Positions 18,191 through 26,064 of a stretch of DNA of 64,000 bases are shown here, piece after piece. The notes beneath the pieces were generated by a model. The model saw only the letters and a list, made by a program, of their open reading frames with translations, ran no database searches and was not told the origin of the DNA. The stretch is from a virus. The translations under genes and the position numbers were made by a program. The DNA lies in IMG/VR virus record IMGVR_UViG_3300049846_002076, positions 9,644-73,643 of that record. One strand, 5' to 3'. The first letter of the stretch is position 1. Each line of letters starts with the position of its first letter.

Positions 18191-18703
18191 TCACAGGTGA
18201 TTGATTCTGCCAGGATTTTTCGCCCCTGGCAAGGAGGCGTAGGGCTCTCCGTCATAGACGGTCAACAGCGGGGAGTCGAGAAGCATCTGCGGCGTCACGC
18301 GATTCACGCGGGTGCGCCGGTTGATCAAGGGAACTCCCGCCTGCAGGGCAGCCTTCGCCACCAGCTCGGAGCAGAACCACTTGTCGTCTTCCTCCCAGTC
18401 ACGGTGGACGGCGATTCCGAGACAGCCAAGCCAGTCGTATTTCTTGCCGATCTGGCTCTCGGCATAGGCCCAGACGCGCTTGGGATCGGCATCGAATTCG
18501 CAGATCATCCAGCGCGTCGAGTGGTCGATGCGATCCTCGATCGCACGGTGGCTGACCCCGTGCCAGGGGGTTGCCCCCAAGATCAGCCCGGACTCGCGGT
18601 CGGGGCTGATGATGTCGACATGGGAATAGTCGCTCCACGTGCCTACCCGGATCAGAACCGACCCGGGCAGGTTGTTCGTGCTGAAGAGGATCTGCGTCTT
18701 CAT
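18191..18703 (-). CDS. Permuted papain-like (YaeF/YiiX-type NlpC/P60) peptidase (start re-called at MKTQILF)
   Basis: His before Cys: YSHVDI ... GKKYDWLG ... KWFCSELVA. Confidence 0.8.
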   Translation of the reverse strand: MKTQILFSTNNLPGSVLIRVGTWSDYSHVDIISPDRESGLILGATPWHGVSHRAIEDRIDHSTRWMICEFDADPKRVWAYAESQIGKKYDWLGCLGIAVHRDWEEDDKWFCSELVAKAALQAGVPLINRRTRVNRVTPQMLLDSPLLTVYDGEPYASLPGAKNPGRINHL

Positions 18704-18705
18704 GC

Positions 18706-19035
18706 TCAGTCGTCGGTGCCGCCGTAGGGCAGCTCGGCCGGCGCGGGGGCAGGCACGGGCTCGAAGACCTTCGGAGCGGAGTCGCCGATCGGGGTCGCAT
18801 CCTTGTTGACGACCTGGCTCTCTTCCTTCTCCTTCTTCATCTTCTCGATGGTCGCGGTGAGGTCGTTGATGTGCCGGGACATGCCCTCGATCTGCAGCTT
18901 GAGGCCGGCGGCGTCGCCGGCGAGATGGGCGCAGCGGGTGTTTGCCAGGTCGCGCTGCGTCTCGAGCTCCTTGATGACGGCGTTGTTCAGGGCCGAGGCA
19001 ACGTGCGGCGGGACTTGCTGGACTTCTTGGTTCAT
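18706..19035 (-). CDS. Coiled-coil hypothetical protein
   Basis: 109 aa with heptads; AAGGAG RBS. Confidence 0.65.
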   Translation of the reverse strand: MNQEVQQVPPHVASALNNAVIKELETQRDLANTRCAHLAGDAAGLKLQIEGMSRHINDLTATIEKMKKEKEESQVVNKDATPIGDSAPKVFEPVPAPAPAELPYGGTDD

Positions 19036-19044
19036 GCGGTCTCC

Positions 19045-19725
19045 TTACGGAAGGTTGGTGAATTCGCGCTTCGCAAGCCAGTTCGTGCCGTTGTCGAAGC
19101 TGATGAGCAGCACGCCATCGGCACGGTTGGCGGTGGTTGTCCACGCAGGGGTGGCATTGTTGTTCTCGAACTTGACGCTCGCCGGGAATGTCGGGGTTCT
19201 GCCCCCGGTGGCGTCCTGCCTGAGAATGACTCGCATCACGATCATCTGCGGCGTCTGGGTCGGCACGTTCGAGATCACGAACGTCGTGTTTGCCTGCAGC
19301 GTGACGTGGAAATTCCCGCTCTGGCTCATGTCGAGCCCGGTGGTCGCTCCGGTCGCCGTGACTGACTGGAAGTGACGCTCGCGGTTCAGGATCGTCTGGA
19401 TGACCTGCATTGCCTGGCTGAAGATCGTGGCGGTGTTGACGTCTCCCGCGGCGATCAGGGGGATTTCGTCGGGGGTCGTGAAGTCGACCACGAAGACGCC
19501 ATTGGCTGCCAGGTTCGTCGCGCCCTGGTAGGCGCCCGTGAGCACCACGGTCGTCTCGGCGTTGAGCGAGGAGTAGGTCGGATCGGATGCCAGGAAATAG
19601 GGGGTCAGCTCGCCATGCACCATGAAAATCTGGCCGGCAAAGACCTGCCCGACGAGGTTCTCGTTCGGAACGATCACGGTCGTCGAGTTGTTCGTGACCT
19701 CGACTGGGAGTTTGAGCTGTGCCAT
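19045..19725 (-). CDS. Short tail-fibre-like protein, paralogous to the N-terminus of the 2356-aa fibre
   Basis: MAQLKLPVEVTNNSTTVIVPNENL...DFTTPDEIPLIAAGDVNTATI versus MAQLVYPASLVNASSQVVVPNEDL...DYTVPDGIPLIYPGDVHTASI. Confidence 0.75.
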   Translation of the reverse strand: MAQLKLPVEVTNNSTTVIVPNENLVGQVFAGQIFMVHGELTPYFLASDPTYSSLNAETTVVLTGAYQGATNLAANGVFVVDFTTPDEIPLIAAGDVNTATIFSQAMQVIQTILNRERHFQSVTATGATTGLDMSQSGNFHVTLQANTTFVISNVPTQTPQMIVMRVILRQDATGGRTPTFPASVKFENNNATPAWTTTANRADGVLLISFDNGTNWLAKREFTNLP

Positions 19726-19731
19726 ATCGGT

Positions 19732-19755
19732 ATTATAGCATAGTCACCAATGACT
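19732..19755 (-). promoter_or_regulatory. Leaderless-type promoter: TATAAT 6 nt before the ATG, plus perfect AGTCA-CCAA-TGACT box
   Basis: attata at 19732-19737; box at 19742-19755; ATG at 19725. Confidence 0.75.
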
Positions 19756-19765
19756 AAGCAGGAAC

Positions 19766-22345
19766 TTACTGTCCGTTCTCCTGGTTGAGTTCGACCGACC
19801 CATCGGCTGTGCAGGTCGCATTCCCGTTTCCGGTATCGGTCACGGTCAGTCTGATCGTTCCTGTGTAGGTGACGACCGCGTTCTGGGCGGTCGTGAACCT
19901 CACTGTGACAGCCGAGGTTGTCCCGTTGAGGATGTCGATGCCAGATCCGCCCGAGAGCCACGCCCAGGAATAGGTGAACGGCCCCACGCCACCACTGACC
20001 GTCGCGGTCGAAGAAGCCTGGGGCTTCGTCGGATACATCGCGAAGCCCTGAAGGAACGTAGGCGAGATACTCACCGTTGCGGCCGGCGCCTGCGGCATCA
20101 CGTTACCCGATGCCGACGAATAGGCACTGTTACCCGAGCTGTTGTAGTAACCGTTGTAGGCCGCCACGATGAAGTTGTAGTTGTTGCCATTCGTCAGTCC
20201 GGTGACAACCGTCGAAAGGCCGCTGACCGTCTTGTTGTAGTTCCATGCCCCGCCATTGACGGACATGTAGACGTCGTAACTGACGATACCACTCGGGCTG
20301 CCGCCATCGTTGCCAGAAGCCGGCCAGGACAGACTGACCTGTGCATTGCCCGCGGTCGCCGAGCAGCTTGCCGGCGGCGACGGGTAGTTGATCACGCGCA
20401 CCGTGTTGCTGTTTGCGGACGCCGAGCTCGAACCATAGGCATTACGGGCGGTGACCCAGAAGTAGTAGCCGATGCCCTGCCCTGCCGAGAACCAGGCAGG
20501 CGAACCCGAAACCACCTGACTACCTCCGCCAGACGAGTAGACCGTGTAGTCGAGCACCGGGCCGCCGCCTTGATCGGCGGGCGCTCCGAAGTAAACGTAG
20601 ATGCCACCCGAAGCCCCGGGCTGACCACCACCGCTCGCGCTCGCGGAAACGCTCGTAGGGGCGCTCGGAGGCGTCGGGGAGGTCGTTGTGACGTTGTTCG
20701 AGACCGCACCCGCCCCGGTGCCCACCGCATTCGTGGCAGTCACCGTGAAGTTGTAGGTCGTGCCGCCCGACAGCCCGCTCATGTAGATCGGTGAGCCCGC
20801 AGAGCTCGCCTGAATCCCTCCAGGAGACGAGGTCGCGGTGTAGCTCGTGATCGGGCTGCCACCGTTCGATGCGGGTGCGGAAAAGGTCACGGTCGCTGTC
20901 GTAATGCCGGTTGCGGTTGCGCTGACGCTTTGCGGGGCACCCGGGACGTTGAAAGTCGTCACCGCTGCGCTCGCCGCTGAAGCTGCACTGGTTCCAACCC
21001 CGTTGGTTGCGGTCACGGTAAAGGTGTAGCTGGTGTTGTTCGCCAGGCCCGAGACGGTGATCGGAGATGCAGAACCCGTCCCAACGAATCCGCCAGGGCT
21101 CGAGGTCACCGTGTAGCCGGTAATCGCGCTGCCGTTGTTCGCGCCCGGGGTGAATGCCACCGAGCAGCTTCGCACGCCCGGAGTTGCTGTAACCGCCGTA
21201 GGAGCTGCGGGGACGTTGTGCGTCGTGATCTGGTTCGACGCGACCGATGCTGTCCCCGTTCCCACCGCGTTCGTCGCGGTCACGGTGAAGGTGTAGTTTG
21301 TGCCATTGGCGAGCCCGGTCACATTGATCGGCGATGCCGAGCCCGTTCCCGTGAAGCCACCGGGAGACGAAGTGACGGTATAGCCCGTGATCGCAGATCC
21401 ACCGTTCGATGCAGGAGCGGTAAAGGCAACCGAGGCACTTGCGATCCCCGCGGTCGCGGTAGCCGCGGTGGGTGCGCCAGGCACATCGAGCGTGGAGGTC
21501 GAGTTCGAAGCTGCGGATTCTGCACCCGTCCCGACGCCGTTCGTCGCCTTCACCTTGAAGGTGTAGGCGGTTCCGTTCGCGAGACCCGTCACCGTGATCG
21601 GGGATGTCGTTCCTGTGCCGGTGATATTGCCCGGAGTCGATGTCGCCGTGTAGCCGGTGATCGCGTTGCCGCCATCGCTGCCGGGCGGGGTGAAAGCGAC
21701 CGTGGCTTGGCGAATTGCCGCGGTGGCGACACCGATTGTGGGTGCCCCGGGAACCGTTGCAGGGGTGACGCTGTTCGACGCAGCGCTCTCAGGCCCAGTG
21801 CCAACCGAGTTTGTCGCCTTCACCTTGAAGGTGTATGCAACGCCGTTCGTGAGACCCGAGACGACAATGGGAGAAGAAGCGCCCGTTCCGGTCAGGCCGC
21901 CAGGCGTTGCCGTGACCGTGTAGCCGGTGATGAGATCGCCGTTGTTGCCCGGGGGCGTGAAAGTCACCGTGGCTTGGGCGTTACCGCCAACTGCCGTAGG
22001 TGCAGCGGGCACGAACGGGACACCGGCGGGCGTTACCGAGTTCGAGGCGGGAGAGGATGCCCCGAAGCCGGCAGAGTTGCCGGCGCGAACGCTGAAGGTG
22101 TATGCGACTCCGTTTGTCAGCCCCGTCACGACGACCGGGCTTGTCGCGTTCTGGGCGGCGATCCCTTCAGGCGAAGATGTGACGATGTAGCTGGTGACCT
22201 GGGCGCCGCCGTCAAATGCCGGCGGAGTGAAGGTCACGGTCGCAGACTGATCGCCCCGGGTCGCGGTTCCGATCGTGGGCGCATCAGGCGGGACGGCAAT
22301 GAAGGGGCTCGAGTTTCCTTTCCCGAACCGCAATGCCTTATGCAC
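19766..22345 (-). CDS. Fibronectin type III repeat protein (about 8 FN3 domains), putative virion adhesin
   Basis: Repeats of PxAPT...ATVTFTPP..NGG..ITGYTVT...ITVTGLxNGTxYTFxVxATNxVGTG. Confidence 0.85.
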   Translation of the reverse strand: MHKALRFGKGNSSPFIAVPPDAPTIGTATRGDQSATVTFTPPAFDGGAQVTSYIVTSSPEGIAAQNATSPVVVTGLTNGVAYTFSVRAGNSAGFGASSPASNSVTPAGVPFVPAAPTAVGGNAQATVTFTPPGNNGDLITGYTVTATPGGLTGTGASSPIVVSGLTNGVAYTFKVKATNSVGTGPESAASNSVTPATVPGAPTIGVATAAIRQATVAFTPPGSDGGNAITGYTATSTPGNITGTGTTSPITVTGLANGTAYTFKVKATNGVGTGAESAASNSTSTLDVPGAPTAATATAGIASASVAFTAPASNGGSAITGYTVTSSPGGFTGTGSASPINVTGLANGTNYTFTVTATNAVGTGTASVASNQITTHNVPAAPTAVTATPGVRSCSVAFTPGANNGSAITGYTVTSSPGGFVGTGSASPITVSGLANNTSYTFTVTATNGVGTSAASAASAAVTTFNVPGAPQSVSATATGITTATVTFSAPASNGGSPITSYTATSSPGGIQASSAGSPIYMSGLSGGTTYNFTVTATNAVGTGAGAVSNNVTTTSPTPPSAPTSVSASASGGGQPGASGGIYVYFGAPADQGGGPVLDYTVYSSGGGSQVVSGSPAWFSAGQGIGYYFWVTARNAYGSSSASANSNTVRVINYPSPPASCSATAGNAQVSLSWPASGNDGGSPSGIVSYDVYMSVNGGAWNYNKTVSGLSTVVTGLTNGNNYNFIVAAYNGYYNSSGNSAYSSASGNVMPQAPAATVSISPTFLQGFAMYPTKPQASSTATVSGGVGPFTYSWAWLSGGSGIDILNGTTSAVTVRFTTAQNAVVTYTGTIRLTVTDTGNGNATCTADGSVELNQENGQ

Positions 22346-22754
22346 TGCCGCGCTCCTCGCAGAATTCCCACTCGTTCTTTCCCGCTACCTGGATCTTGTG
22401 CATGATGTAGTCGGTATCGGACAAGCGGGTGATGTAGTGAAACCGATTGTCGAGCAGCCAATCGCCGTCTTCGACCGTTGCGACCAGGATCGCATGGTAT
22501 TCCCGGGACTTTTCGTTCTTCGGCTCGAGCGGCTCGGTAAAGCAGGTCGCCAGACGCAGGTTCTCGACCGGAAATCCCTGTTCCATCAGCATTCTCGCCT
22601 TCGCGAGCGCGTAGTCTTCGCAGTCGCCCGCGACAGCAGTCCACGACCAGAACTCGGGCATCTTGTAGAGCTCGATGTCCGTCTTGTATTCGACCCGGGA
22701 ATTGACCCTCCCGTTGACCATGCGAATCATGTCCTTGAGAGGTGTGGCGCTCAC
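22338..22754 (-). CDS. Transglutaminase-like cysteine protease (BTLCP/C93) catalytic domain (GTG start re-called)
   Basis: GDCEDYALAK...HAILV...WLLDN Cys-His-Asp triad; GGGAGG RBS. Confidence 0.85.
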   Translation of the reverse strand: MSATPLKDMIRMVNGRVNSRVEYKTDIELYKMPEFWSWTAVAGDCEDYALAKARMLMEQGFPVENLRLATCFTEPLEPKNEKSREYHAILVATVEDGDWLLDNRFHYITRLSDTDYIMHKIQVAGKNEWEFCEERGSA

Positions 22755-22921
22755 TGGAACCTCCCGAAGCAAAGAGGCGCACTCGGATCGCGCTGACACA
22801 TCTCTTCGTAACCGATCGGGGGCGGTGCTGACTTGCCGGTTCCCTTGATGACCTCGTAGGTCGCGGACGCACAACCCGCGAGACCCAGAACGACAAGCAT
22901 CACCAGGTCACGGAATTTCAC
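22751..22921 (-). CDS. 56-aa lipoprotein resembling a BTLCP N-terminal segment (not in ORF track)
   Basis: Hand translation MKFRDLVMLVVLGLAGCASATYEVIKGTGKSAPPPIGYEEMCQRDPSAPLCFGRFQ; LAGC lipobox; GTGA overlaps at both ends. Confidence 0.7.
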   Translation of the reverse strand: MKFRDLVMLVVLGLAGCASATYEVIKGTGKSAPPPIGYEEMCQRDPSAPLCFGRFQ

Positions 22922-23319
22922 GCGAGCACCTCCGCAGCACGCCCCGTGCCGATCAGCCCGGCGCTCTCGAGTGCGTTCACCATCGCGATCGTGTCGGCAC
23001 GGTTGAGGTCGACGTAGGTGGCGATCTCGAGCATGTGCATCATGTCTTCGACGTCCTGGTTGTTCTTCGAAGCGTTGCGAATCGTCTTGCGCTCGGCGAG
23101 CGTGAAGCGCTGCATGAACTCGAGGCGCGTGAGATGGGGCTTCGCTTTCTGGGGAAACCCATGGGTCAGAGTTTCGCCATCCCAGGTATGGCCGATTCCC
23201 GCGGTGTCCGATGCCAGATAGAGGTCGGCTTCTCCCTCGTTCACGAGAGTCTGGGCGAAACCTTCATCCGACTCGATGACGTTGACGACCACCCCACCCT
23301 TAATCAGTGCAATTCTCAT
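22918..23319 (-). CDS. Tail-fibre-associated or assembly protein
   Basis: MRIALIKGGVVVNVI...AGIGHTWDG...LTRLEFMQRFTLAE...GRAAEVLA. Confidence 0.7.
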   Translation of the reverse strand: MRIALIKGGVVVNVIESDEGFAQTLVNEGEADLYLASDTAGIGHTWDGETLTHGFPQKAKPHLTRLEFMQRFTLAERKTIRNASKNNQDVEDMMHMLEIATYVDLNRADTIAMVNALESAGLIGTGRAAEVLA

Positions 23320-23981
23320 TAGAACCACTCCACAAGAACGAATCCAGGGCCACCGTTACCACCGTTACCGTCGGTGGCATTGCCACCGTGTCCACCTACG
23401 CCGAAATCGGTTGCATGGGTCAATGTTCCCGATGCTGTCATTCCGTTCCCGAAGAATGAATGTCCGCCCTGACCCGCGGCGACCGGGCCCATATTGAATT
23501 GGGCATACACGAAGGAGTGCCCCGCCGCGTTCGTGGAACCCGCAACACCAGGAAAGACGTGCGGATAGACCCAGACAGGCCTTACGGTTGACGTGCCGCC
23601 TGTGCTCCACACTCCGCCACCGTCAGTCGCGCCGGCAGAAGACGGGCCGCCCGTCCCCCCTCCGGCGATGATCATGTTGGGGGCTGTCCCAAACGAGGAA
23701 TTCCCTCCATTTCCGCCGGCCACTCGGGATGTGGCACCAAGACCGCCAGCGCCGACTGTCACGAGACTTCTTGAAGCTCCATTGCGGTAGAAGGGGATGC
23801 GAACGAGCAGCTCCCCTGCTGCGCCACCCCCTCCATTGCTCGCAGAACGTCCCCCGCCACCCCCTCCCGATTGGATGGTCAGGAAGACCATCTCGACGCC
23901 CGGCGGCCAATAGAAGTAACCGCTCTGTGTGAAGAGCTGGAACTTGTTGGCGATCGCCTGCGACATCTTGGAGGGGAACAT
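23319..23981 (-). CDS. Glycine-rich tail accessory protein (start re-called at MFPSKMS)
   Basis: FTQSG..WPPGV...GGGGGGG...VTVGAGG...GNGGNSSFG...GGPGFVLVEW. Confidence 0.75.
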   Translation of the reverse strand: MFPSKMSQAIANKFQLFTQSGYFYWPPGVEMVFLTIQSGGGGGGRSASNGGGGAAGELLVRIPFYRNGASRSLVTVGAGGLGATSRVAGGNGGNSSFGTAPNMIIAGGGTGGPSSAGATDGGGVWSTGGTSTVRPVWVYPHVFPGVAGSTNAAGHSFVYAQFNMGPVAAGQGGHSFFGNGMTASGTLTHATDFGVGGHGGNATDGNGGNGGPGFVLVEWF

Positions 23982-24391
23982 TAGTAGTCTCCCGCCCAGG
24001 CAAAGACGTTGAAGTCCTGGTCGACCGTCACGCTGCAGTAGAGCTTGTGGCCCGGCGGCAAGATCAGGGTTGTGTAGTCCTTGCTGGTTCTCCAGCCAAG
24101 CGCAGTGTTGCCGGGAGTCACCGCATCGACCTTGAACTCGTCGAACAAGTAGGACTTCGTGCCGTCGTAGACCCAGATCCAGACCAGGCCCGCGACGGTC
24201 GTCTCCTTCGCGATGATCTCGATACGGTCGACTTGACGGCCATCGTCGTAGGTCGTGTCGGCGAAGACGATCTCGGTCAATCCGGTCGTGCCGGTGATGG
24301 TCGCCCGCGAAGTGAGGGCGGTAGGGGAAACCAGACTCGCGAAGCCGACGACAGGCTGGCGAGGAAAGATCGGGTCGATGTTGGCAGCCAT
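23981..24391 (-). CDS. Tail accessory protein
   Basis: 136 aa MAANIDPIF...WAGDY; coupled to the Gly-rich gene. Confidence 0.7.
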   Translation of the reverse strand: MAANIDPIFPRQPVVGFASLVSPTALTSRATITGTTGLTEIVFADTTYDDGRQVDRIEIIAKETTVAGLVWIWVYDGTKSYLFDEFKVDAVTPGNTALGWRTSKDYTTLILPPGHKLYCSVTVDQDFNVFAWAGDY

Positions 24392-24562
24392 TTACAGACC
24401 TCCGAATGTCCTGTGCATGTAGAGACGCGCAGCCGCCGAACGCGCTGCTTGTTGAACGGGCGTTTTCACCTTCCAGACCGTGCCATCGAACACCCATGTG
24501 GTATTGCCCACCGTGAAGGTGTCATTCACAGCCGGCGATGAAGGAAAATTGAGAGCGGCCAT
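24392..24562 (-). CDS. 56-aa protein with an 'MAALNFPSSP' module (not in ORF track)
   Basis: Hand translation MAALNFPSSPAVNDTFTVGNTTWVFDGTVWKVKTPVQQAARSAAARLYMHRTFGGL; stop abuts the next ATG. Confidence 0.7.
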   Translation of the reverse strand: MAALNFPSSPAVNDTFTVGNTTWVFDGTVWKVKTPVQQAARSAAARLYMHRTFGGL

Positions 24563-24572
24563 AATCGGACTC

Positions 24573-24595
24573 GGTCAGTAGTGACTGTTATTCTA
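24573..24595 (-). promoter_or_regulatory. GGTCA-GTAG-TGACT box downstream of a TAGAAT -10 element
   Basis: Box at 24573-24586; attcta at 24590-24595. Confidence 0.6.
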
Positions 24596-24597
24596 CG

Positions 24598-24933
24598 CTA
24601 AATGCGCCGCGCAAGCACGCAGATGACCTTTGCCATGGTCTTGAGCAGCGCTTTCGCATCAGCCAGGTTGTTCACGTTGTTCTCGACGTAGGTCGCAGCC
24701 TGCGCGGGCGTCATCCCCCGAAGGGTCTGCACCGCTGTGTCTGCACTCGCGGCGGCGGCATCGACCGTGTCGGGATGCGGGGACGGTTCGGGATCAGCCT
24801 GGGCGACAGTGTTGCCGAGCAGAATCCAGTCCAGAACCGCTTGATAGTCGCGGTTGCCCGGGTCGACGGGGATGTTCGCGCCATCCGAAAGTCTGATGAT
24901 GATGCCTGGGGTGCGAGAAAACTTGTAGCTCAT
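24598..24933 (-). CDS. Tail fibre assembly/chaperone-like protein
   Basis: IIRLSDGANIPVDPGNRDYQAVLDWI..GNT motif following fibre genes. Confidence 0.7.
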   Translation of the reverse strand: MSYKFSRTPGIIIRLSDGANIPVDPGNRDYQAVLDWILLGNTVAQADPEPSPHPDTVDAAAASADTAVQTLRGMTPAQAATYVENNVNNLADAKALLKTMAKVICVLARRI

Positions 24934-24948
24934 GATTTCGTCCTTTGG

Positions 24949-26064
24949 TTAGATTTCGGCGTCGAGTTTCGCGCCCCGCCCATAGGCGTAGTAAGTGCCT
25001 GCCGAACCTGCGCCCCATTGAATGCCCGTCTCGGACTTGGTTCCCGAAACGATACCGTTGTCAGTTCCAGGCAAGCTCGAGTTGCCGGCGTCGCCCGCAG
25101 TGTAAGTAGGCAAGGCGCGCATTTCAGCACGATGCTGAAAGCTCACGCCAACATATCCATCGGACGTGTAGCACCGGAACGAAGCGTGTGCGTGGTAGTA
25201 GTAGCGCGAACACAGGTCGAACTCTTCATGCGCCGTTCTGTGCTCGAAGTCGGTCGCGGCATCGCCCAACTCAAGCTGCACCAACTGGATCTTGAAGTCG
25301 TTCGACACCGAATCCATCGCGTTGACTTGGTTCGAGGTCGCGAGCAGCACCGAGCCGCTCCAGGTATTCGCTGCGCCTTGATATGTGGTTCCGCACGCGA
25401 GCGTCCAGAAAATCGACAGACCATTTCCAGTGTCGTAGAGCCAGGTGCCGGTTGTATCCACCGGGAAGGTCAGGACTTTTTTCTCCCACACGTTGCTCGC
25501 GTAGACCGTGTATTCCTTGATGTAGAAGCGGTTCGAGGCGCTGTTGCCGAGCGTGACGCAGAAGATTCCGGTCTTGGTGGACTTCACCCAGAACTGCAAC
25601 GTGATGTAGCGCGTGCCAGACTGTCCAAATCCCGCCCGGGCGATGTTCAGCCCTTCAACCTTCGTGCCGACGTAATACCAGTCGGTCGCGGCAATCGAAG
25701 TGTCCGCTGTCGTCACATCGACGTGGAAACAGTGCGTGCTGTAGAAGCCGGCATCGGCGATCGACGGGGCGTCAGCCGTCTTGAGAATGCTCACCGCTCC
25801 GGCACTCTGCGAGTTGTTCACGAAAGCGAAGCGGTCGGCGGTGTAACCCCCAAGGGCAGCAGCCGCGATCGTGATAGAGGTTCCCCGTTGCCAGGGATTC
25901 GTCGAAAAGTCCCCACCGATGATCAGGTTCTTGCCCTTGATGATCGGGGCGACCGTTGTCGGGGCTACGTTCTCCCAGGTCGTGCCATTGAAGCGCCAAG
26001 TGCGGCCAGCCGAAGTGTGCGTCTGTCCGGCGGCGGGGGAGGAAGGAAAGTTGATCGCGGCCAT
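24949..26064 (-). CDS. Secondary fibre/receptor-binding protein, paralog of the giant fibre C-terminus
   Basis: GKNLIIGGDFSTNPWQRG...VQLELGDAATDFE...CSRYY carbohydrate-binding-like domain. Confidence 0.8.
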   Translation of the reverse strand: MAAINFPSSPAAGQTHTSAGRTWRFNGTTWENVAPTTVAPIIKGKNLIIGGDFSTNPWQRGTSITIAAAALGGYTADRFAFVNNSQSAGAVSILKTADAPSIADAGFYSTHCFHVDVTTADTSIAATDWYYVGTKVEGLNIARAGFGQSGTRYITLQFWVKSTKTGIFCVTLGNSASNRFYIKEYTVYASNVWEKKVLTFPVDTTGTWLYDTGNGLSIFWTLACGTTYQGAANTWSGSVLLATSNQVNAMDSVSNDFKIQLVQLELGDAATDFEHRTAHEEFDLCSRYYYHAHASFRCYTSDGYVGVSFQHRAEMRALPTYTAGDAGNSSLPGTDNGIVSGTKSETGIQWGAGSAGTYYAYGRGAKLDAEI

